From: an uncultured Chroococcidiopsis sp.
GTDB taxonomy: Bacteria; Cyanobacteriota; Cyanobacteriia; Cyanobacteriales; Chroococcidiopsidaceae
NCBI GenBank assembly: GCA_964248365.1
Contig: CAXTYC010000002.1
Coordinates: 262,547 to 326,546, forward strand
Reading direction: 5' to 3'
DNA: 64,000 nt
The position numbers and the translations under genes are program-made. Of the stretch, positions 57,597 through 64,000 are shown in pieces (the first letter of the stretch is position 1; the number at the start of each line of letters is the position of its first letter). The notes under the pieces were generated by a model. That model did not search any database and was not told where the DNA came from. It saw only the letters and a list, made by a program, of their open reading frames with translations.

Positions 57597-60500
57597 TCAG
57601 TAGTTCTTCCCCTTGTCGGGTTGTCCCCTTGTCCCCTTTTGCTCCCCCTCTCGCCGTTGAACTAACTCGACCACGATCTCGACTAGGGCAATTGGATCGA
57701 TGGGTTTGGCAAGGTGTCGTTGGAAACCTGCCCCAATCGCTTGCTGTCGATCCAATTCTCCCGCATAGGCAGTCAGTGCGATCGCTGGAACACATCCCCC
57801 TTGATTGGGTGGTAGCATTCGGATTTGACGCATGAACATATAGCCATCGATTTGGGGCATACCGATATCGCTCACCACAATGTTAGGAATCGATTGTGAA
57901 AAAGCTTGTAGGGCGTTAAACCCAGAGGATACAGCCGTGACGATCGCGTTTTCTTGCTCTAGGACAAAAGCTACGAACTCGCGTGAGTCTAGGTCATCGT
58001 CTACTACTAAAACCTGAATGCCACTCAAATCACCTGTCGCTTCTGAGGATTTTGCGATAGACGGCATTTCAACAGACTTGGAAGCAAGAGGAATCTGTAC
58101 AGTAAAGGTGGCTCCTTGTCCTTCGCCTGGACTTGAAACAACCACCTTTCCACCATGCAGTTCGACAAGCTGACGCACGATTGCAAGTCCCAGTCCAAGT
58201 CCGCCAAATTTGCGTGTTGTGGAGCCGTCTTCTTGCAGGAAATGGTCAAATACATACGGCAAAAAGCTTGCACTAATGCCTTTGCCTGTGTCTCTAACCT
58301 GAATTTGGGCATTGCTACCAACAAGCGTTAAATCAACTTCAATTTTTCCACCTTGCCCAGTAAATTTAACGGCATTGGATAGAAGATTCCACACGACTTG
58401 CTGTAATCGAGTGGCATCGCCAATCGCGCTCAACCCTGGGGTAATATTTGTTTGAATTTGCAAGGATTTGGCATTGGCAGCTAATTGAACGGTTTCGATT
58501 GCCGAAAAAATCACGCTACCGAGATCGACGGGCATAGCATTTATGACCAATTTGCCGCGCAGAATCCGAGAAACATCAAGTAGATCGTCAATTAGTTGCA
58601 CCTGTAACTTAGCGTTGCGCTCAATGGTAGCGAGGGCTTCGATACTTTTTGTAGCGTTGAGTTTGCCACTTTGCAACAACCTTGACCAGCCGAGAATAGG
58701 ATTGAGTGGGGAACGTAATTCATGGGACAGGACGGCAAGAAACTCATCTTTGATCCGATTGGCTCGTTCGGCTTCTTCACGAGCTATTTGTTCCCTTGCA
58801 AGCAATTGTTCGCGCTCAAGTTCGGCTTGTTTGCGATCGGTGATGTCGCGAGCTGCTGCGTAAAAAACGTTTTGTTCGGGAAAGGAAGCAACGCTCCACG
58901 AAATCCAGCGATAAGAGCCGGATTTCGTGCGGTAGCGGTTTTCAAACCCGTTTGTTTCGATTCCCCTCTCTAGTTTTTGCGCTTCAACCAGTGTTGCAGC
59001 TCGATCGTCAGGATGCACAAACTCAAGATAAGGCTGTGTTGTCAGTTCTGTCTGGGTAAAACCAAGGGTTTTTTCCCAAGCCGGATTGACTTGTGTGAAG
59101 TAGCCGTCGAGGTTGACGATCGCTAGCATATCTAGGGACAAGTTGAAGAAGCGATCGCGTTCTTGGGTAACTTGCACCAGTTGGGTAAGATCCACAATAA
59201 AGGCGATGACTTCTTGAGCCTGATTATAAGGTTCCTGAAGCAGAGCAGCAGCAATTAATATCGGAATCCGCCGACCATTCTTGTGAAGGTATACCTTCTC
59301 ATAAGGCGCACAGACCCCCCGTGTACTCAATTGTTCAATTGCTTTTGCATCCAAGGCGGCAAATTCTGGCGGGGTGAGTTGCTCCCATCGCACTCGCCCG
59401 GACTGCATTTCCTCTAAGGTGTAGCCAACTAATTTTAAGAGATAATCATTGGCGTAGTGCAGCCCACCCTCGCAATCGCCAAAGACAACCCCAAACAAGT
59501 TTGATTCGACCAATCGCCGGAACCGCCGTTCGCTTTCTTGCAAGGCGACCTCTTTTTGTTTGCGATCGGTAATTTCGGCACAAATAATCGCAATACCATC
59601 GGGCGTGGGATAAATTCGATTCTCAAACCAGCGATTCCAAGTTGCGTAGTGATACTCAAACTGTATCGCCTTTTGTTCAAGCATGGCTTGATGGAATCGA
59701 TCGTAAAGTTCGCTACCGACGATATCGGGGAAAATTTCCCAAACGTTCTTGCCTAAAACGTCTTCACGCTGCATCCCAATTATTTCGGTTTGGCGATCAT
59801 TGATGTAGGTGTAGCGCCAGTTGCGATCGAGAACGAAAAAACCATCTCGAATGCTGGATACAACGCCTTGCAGGTTGGCTTCTGCGGTTTCTACTTCAAT
59901 CTTTAAGGCTTGTTCGCGCACTCGCGCAGTTCTGCGGAGTTGGGCTAACTTAAGATTGGCTTCAATGCGAGCCAGCAGTTCTCGCGCCGAAAACGGTTTG
60001 ATTAAATAATCATTGGCTCCGGCTTCCAATCCTTCGATGCGCGATTCTTCACCCGCCCGTGCTGATAAGAGGATGATGGGGATATCTTGAGTTTTGGGAT
60101 CGGATCGTAGCGATCGCAACAATTCAAAACCATCTATTCCTGGCATCATCACATCAGTTAACACTAAATTCGGTGGATTCTCTCGCATAGCCGCTAGTGC
60201 CGCGATGCCATCTGCTACCGTTTGAACAATATAGCGCGAACTCAAAAGTCGTTTAATGTATTCGCGCATATCAGCATTGTCATCAGCAAGCAAAATGTAG
60301 GCTGGGGAGGCTGCGAAGCACTTTAGCAGAGGAGCAGGGGAAGATTTTTGCTTAGTCTCCAATCCTAAGTCTCTACTGCCTTCTTGTTCCCTAGTCCCTA
60401 GCCCCCAGCCCCCAGCCCCTTCTTCTGGTAGCCAGCTTAAAGCTTCTTCGAGATAGGGCATTGCTCCTAACGTAGTTGACGCTAATGTGCTGCGTTCACC

Positions 60501-62249
60501 AATGCGATCGCACTGTAAATGTGCCGAGCCACTGGGAATTAATACCTCAAAGCAGCTGCCTTGTCCTAAAACACTGGTGACGTTGACCGTCCCACCGTGT
60601 AATTTCACCAATTCCTGCACTAGTGATAAACCAATGCCCGATCCTTCAAAACTTCGTCCTATTGATCCTTTTACACGATAAAAGCGTTCAAATAAATGGG
60701 GTAGTTCCTCTGGTGGAATGCCAACGCCCGTATCTTCAACTGTTAACTGGGCTTGCGTTTCTACCCACCTCAGCCGAACTGTTATTGTTCCTGATAATGT
60801 AAATTTAAATGCATTTGATAACAGATTGAAAACGATCTTCTCCCACATTTCTCGATCGACAAAAATCGCTTCGGGCAAGGTCGAACACTCGACAATCAGC
60901 TGTATTCCTGCCTGTTCGATCGTCGAGCGAAACACGCTGGCAAGTTCAGCCGTCAGCGTGGCTAAATCTGTTGGCTCATACATTGCCTGAATCCGTCCGG
61001 CTTCAATGCGAGAAAAATCAAGCAATGTGTTAACCAATTTCAGCAAGCGCAGTCCGTTGCGCTGTACCAATTCAATTCGTTCGCGTTGCTTTTGTGGTAA
61101 TGGTTCGACCGTATCAGCTAGCGCGTCTTCAGTCGGACTCAACATCAACGTTAAGGGTGTGCGAAATTCGTGGGAAACGTTGCTGAAAAATACGGTTTTG
61201 GCGCGATCGAGTTCTGCCAGAGCTTCGGCTCTTTGGCGTTCTGCTTCATAAGCACGAGCATTAGCGATCGCCCCTGTAATCTGCCCTGCAACCAGATCGA
61301 AGAAACCTTTGTAATCGTCGTCGAATGCTCGTCTGGGACTGATACCCGCAATCAAAAATCCAGTTAGTTTCGCTTGTCCTGGAGTAGTGAGCGGCAGTAC
61401 CATAGCCGAGTTTGGTGACTCAGACCACACACCTCCAGGTAATGCACCAAACTTTGATTGCACCTGTTCGACAAGCTGACTTTCGCCCCCTGCGAGAACG
61501 GTAGAAAGCGACCAGCCAGACGTGCTATCCGGTATCTCTATTTCTAGGGGACTGGCGGGTGTTCCTGCGGTTAATCCCGCCCAGCTAACGAGTCGCGCCC
61601 GCGCTTCGGTGTCATCTAGCAAATACAGCAGCGCAAACGGCACATCATAGGGATTATTGGCTAATGTTTTTGCAGAAATCTCACAAGCATCCTCAACCGT
61701 CTTCGCCTCGGCGGTTTTAGCTGCAAGTTCTCGTAGAGTACGCAAGCGGCGATCGCTCAACACGCGAACTGTATCCTCAGTGCAGGCACAAAAGACCCCG
61801 CCTACACCGCCGTCATCGTTGGCAACGGGGCTGTAGGAAAACGTAAAGTAAGTTTCCTCAGTGTAGCCATTCCGTTCCATAATTAAGAGCAATTCCTCAT
61901 TCCACGAAGAGCGTCCTTCCCGAAGAACGGCTTCTGCTTGAGGACCTAGGGTATCCCAGATTTCTGCCCATACCATTGATGCGGGTTGACCTAATGCCTG
62001 GGGATGACGTTTACCCAAAATCGGAATGTAGGCATCATTATAAAATTTAGTCATCGACTGTCCCCACCAAACAAACATGGGGTAGCGCGACCCTAAGATA
62101 ATGCGAATTGCCGTTTTTAGGCTTTGCGACCAAGTTTCGACAGCACCGACTGCGGTAGTTGACCAGTCATGCGATCGTATGAGTTGCCCCATTTCACCGC
62201 CGCCAGCCAAAATCTCTTCATAAGCCGTCGATTTTTGCTCAACGCCCAC
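57597..62249 (-). CDS. Large hybrid sensor kinase: PAS-like/GAF - HisKA/HATPase - REC - 3x PAS - HisKA/HATPase - REC
   Basis: Two H-boxes (FFSNVSHEFRTPL, FLAVLSHELRSPL), two N/G boxes (NLLSNAFKFT, NLLSNAVKFT; GSGIGL, GLGLGL), two receivers (LLADDN..TDVMMP; LVVDDD..SDIGMP) and PAS motifs (VHPDD). Confidence 0.95.
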   Translation of the reverse strand: MGVEQKSTAYEEILAGGGEMGQLIRSHDWSTTAVGAVETWSQSLKTAIRIILGSRYPMFVWWGQSMTKFYNDAYIPILGKRHPQALGQPASMVWAEIWDTLGPQAEAVLREGRSSWNEELLLIMERNGYTEETYFTFSYSPVANDDGGVGGVFCACTEDTVRVLSDRRLRTLRELAAKTAEAKTVEDACEISAKTLANNPYDVPFALLYLLDDTEARARLVSWAGLTAGTPASPLEIEIPDSTSGWSLSTVLAGGESQLVEQVQSKFGALPGGVWSESPNSAMVLPLTTPGQAKLTGFLIAGISPRRAFDDDYKGFFDLVAGQITGAIANARAYEAERQRAEALAELDRAKTVFFSNVSHEFRTPLTLMLSPTEDALADTVEPLPQKQRERIELVQRNGLRLLKLVNTLLDFSRIEAGRIQAMYEPTDLATLTAELASVFRSTIEQAGIQLIVECSTLPEAIFVDREMWEKIVFNLLSNAFKFTLSGTITVRLRWVETQAQLTVEDTGVGIPPEELPHLFERFYRVKGSIGRSFEGSGIGLSLVQELVKLHGGTVNVTSVLGQGSCFEVLIPSGSAHLQCDRIGERSTLASTTLGAMPYLEEALSWLPEEGAGGWGLGTREQEGSRDLGLETKQKSSPAPLLKCFAASPAYILLADDNADMREYIKRLLSSRYIVQTVADGIAALAAMRENPPNLVLTDVMMPGIDGFELLRSLRSDPKTQDIPIILLSARAGEESRIEGLEAGANDYLIKPFSARELLARIEANLKLAQLRRTARVREQALKIEVETAEANLQGVVSSIRDGFFVLDRNWRYTYINDRQTEIIGMQREDVLGKNVWEIFPDIVGSELYDRFHQAMLEQKAIQFEYHYATWNRWFENRIYPTPDGIAIICAEITDRKQKEVALQESERRFRRLVESNLFGVVFGDCEGGLHYANDYLLKLVGYTLEEMQSGRVRWEQLTPPEFAALDAKAIEQLSTRGVCAPYEKVYLHKNGRRIPILIAAALLQEPYNQAQEVIAFIVDLTQLVQVTQERDRFFNLSLDMLAIVNLDGYFTQVNPAWEKTLGFTQTELTTQPYLEFVHPDDRAATLVEAQKLERGIETNGFENRYRTKSGSYRWISWSVASFPEQNVFYAAARDITDRKQAELEREQLLAREQIAREEAERANRIKDEFLAVLSHELRSPLNPILGWSRLLQSGKLNATKSIEALATIERNAKLQVQLIDDLLDVSRILRGKLVINAMPVDLGSVIFSAIETVQLAANAKSLQIQTNITPGLSAIGDATRLQQVVWNLLSNAVKFTGQGGKIEVDLTLVGSNAQIQVRDTGKGISASFLPYVFDHFLQEDGSTTRKFGGLGLGLAIVRQLVELHGGKVVVSSPGEGQGATFTVQIPLASKSVEMPSIAKSSEATGDLSGIQVLVVDDDLDSREFVAFVLEQENAIVTAVSSGFNALQAFSQSIPNIVVSDIGMPQIDGYMFMRQIRMLPPNQGGCVPAIALTAYAGELDRQQAIGAGFQRHLAKPIDPIALVEIVVELVQRREGEQKGTRGQPDKGKNY

Positions 62250-62974
62250 AATCCTTACTCCGTTTCCGAGAAATATTTCGTTTGCAACTCCATACTATGC
62301 TTGCCTAATTGCTCTAATAGAACATAAATCTGTTTTATTGCTAAATGGGTTGGGGTTGCCCGTCCATTTTCAAGCGCGATTAATTGTAGGGAACGTGACC
62401 CCTAGCTGAGTAGCAAACTTTTCTTGAGATAGTTTCATTATCTACCGCAAGTCTCGAAAGCTAGTTGTTTTGTATCAAATATTTCTCTACCCAAACCCAT
62501 AGAGCAAAATTTGTAACAGACTTTATAAATCTGTATTGTTGAATAATATTTCTTGAGATGTCTAGCTACCTCCCAAGAGTATAAGCAGTAGATCTTTTGC
62601 ACTCGTCTACATTAACCCACAAGGTCTGCCACCCAATCCCCACCTGGTGTAATACCGAGCTTCGCCCTCCATCAATAATTTGGTGGGCATGGGTGGCAGA
62701 CTTTGGCAAATTGTTTACTTGCTTACCAAAAAATGAGGCGGCTTTTAGTTAATCTAACCTGAGCTATTAGTATTCCCATTAAAGATGTTTTAGCAAAACG
62801 GATTTTGCCCAACTTAGTAATTATACCATGATTGGGCTAGAATTATTACCTACAACCAAGTGATATTGAAGTTGTAGTATATAGCTGGACTAAGGGTGTC
62901 GAAGTTGATGCGATCGCCGCTCATTCTCCTTGCAACCGCGAGTGTGGAAGGACAGGTTCAAAGACGGTAGCCAT

Positions 62975-63076
62975 AATTTTAGGAGAGAAATTGCCGCCCA
63001 CAGTGCTTGTACTTGTAACATTGTCGCTGTTGCGGCAAACGTTTTTGACCGTATAGCCTAGTTAGACATTTAGCAC
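62975..63076 (-). pseudogene. Degenerate IS1-family InsA-like transposase fragment
   Basis: The minus strand reads (with a frameshift) YTVKNVCRN / RQCYKYKHCGRQFLS*, matching the InsA zinc-ribbon pattern KNG...RQ.Y.C..CGRQF. Confidence 0.5.
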
Positions 63077-63102
63077 CCCCAAAGTAGTCGATACTGCACA
63101 GT

Positions 63103-64000
63103 TTAGCCACCCCAAACTCGCTCTAAAACAACTTGAGGGGGAATATCTGCCATTTTCCCAGTTGGAGATTTAATAGGAATAAAGCGATCGCGCGATGGCA
63201 GCAATTTTTTCGGGTCTGTAAGACCAAACAACGCGATAGTATAGGTTTGCACTGCTACAGCTAGTTGCATGGGCGCACCGTCGGTACATAGCATTAGATT
63301 TGCCCCTGCAATCATTGCGGCTAATTTACCTGTGTCCGGTGGGGATGTAATCTTAAGATTGGCATAGGATTGGGAAAGCGATCGCACCAATTGCTCATCC
63401 TCTGGTTCAGAGATCATGACAATGGGTAAATCTGGTTGGCGGCGTTGAAGATCTTGAATAATTTGCTGCCAATTTTCAAGTGGGTAGATTTTATCAATGC
63501 CCCTAGCCTGAGATAGTTCGCCCGAACCTGGGTAAATCAAAATATATCCAGTTTCCTTGATTCCCAGTCGTTGCTGTTCTTTTTCTGCCCACTTAATATC
63601 TGGTAGTGGTACATTGAGGGCAAGATCTGGACAGGGTGAGTTGATACCCAACCCTTGTAGCAAATCATGGTACATAGCAGCAGTATACTGCTCTGTTTTG
63701 AGGGGAACGGGGTTAGTGAGGAAAATCTTTCCAGCGCCCTGGTAGCCAATACGTACGGCAATTCCAGTCAACCACATCGATAAACCCACGAAAGGGCGCT
63801 GTACGAGAGAAATGACGACATCGTATTCACGATCGCGGATGTTACCGATTAAGTTAACCCAGTCTGTCAAGCTATTGCGATCTTTGAAATCGAATCGCAT
63901 CACATTAGAAACTGACTTACATACTCGGTAGGCGGCGGCGGCGCGAGGTTCTACCACGACATCTATTTGAGCGTCGGGGTAATAGCGCTTCAGGTCATCG
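63103..64000 (-). CDS. GT9-family glycosyltransferase (heptosyltransferase-like); 5' end lies beyond the window
   Basis: The frame stays open to the window end (DDLKRYYPDAQIDVVVEP), with LIYPGS, YPLENW and CTDGAPMQLAVAV..TIALFG motifs. Confidence 0.9.
   Translation of the reverse strand, partial: DDLKRYYPDAQIDVVVEPRAAAAYRVCKSVSNVMRFDFKDRNSLTDWVNLIGNIRDREYDVVISLVQRPFVGLSMWLTGIAVRIGYQGAGKIFLTNPVPLKTEQYTAAMYHDLLQGLGINSPCPDLALNVPLPDIKWAEKEQQRLGIKETGYILIYPGSGELSQARGIDKIYPLENWQQIIQDLQRRQPDLPIVMISEPEDEQLVRSLSQSYANLKITSPPDTGKLAAMIAGANLMLCTDGAPMQLAVAVQTYTIALFGLTDPKKLLPSRDRFIPIKSPTGKMADIPPQVVLERVWGG

Noticed and set aside
57575..61367. Numerous short overlapping or antisense ORFs inside the hybrid kinase (and similar ones inside other long genes)
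   Set aside because: Shadow ORFs of well-supported genes, with no independent motifs.

Overview
This window is cyanobacterial chromosomal DNA. The evidence is frequent HIP1 octamers (GCGATCGC), 7-mer STRR tracts and REP/MITE-like palindromes in the intergenic gaps, and cyanobacterial signature genes (DUF561/Ycf23, CRR6, DUF3086/DUF3119, DUF3685, pentapeptide-repeat and Uma2 proteins). Most of it is housekeeping backbone: manC, an LCP protein, an ABC1 kinase, plsY, mlaE, ppx, ubiA, rnb, rpsR/rpmG, a Gld-type ABC system, HU, cobD, a Fur-family regulator, a large hybrid histidine kinase and a GT9 enzyme. Two accessory blocks stand out. The first is a tightly packed minus-strand operon at 16820-22190: arsM-type methyltransferase, Tat-exported Mo-bisPGD/[4Fe-4S] oxidoreductase, ArsS-type radical SAM enzyme, TVP38/DedA membrane protein. 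It looks like an arsenosugar/organoarsenic biosynthesis locus with an extra DMSO-reductase-family enzyme between arsM and arsS, and is the best candidate for an undescribed system. The second is an AT-rich, HIP1-poor galactofuranose polysaccharide island at ~30.9-41.2 kb (glf, GlfT2-like GT2, wzm/wzt, two GT4, an orphan radical SAM gene and a decayed gene). I saw no rRNA, tRNA or CRISPR array. All product calls come from recognising motifs by eye; no database searches were run.
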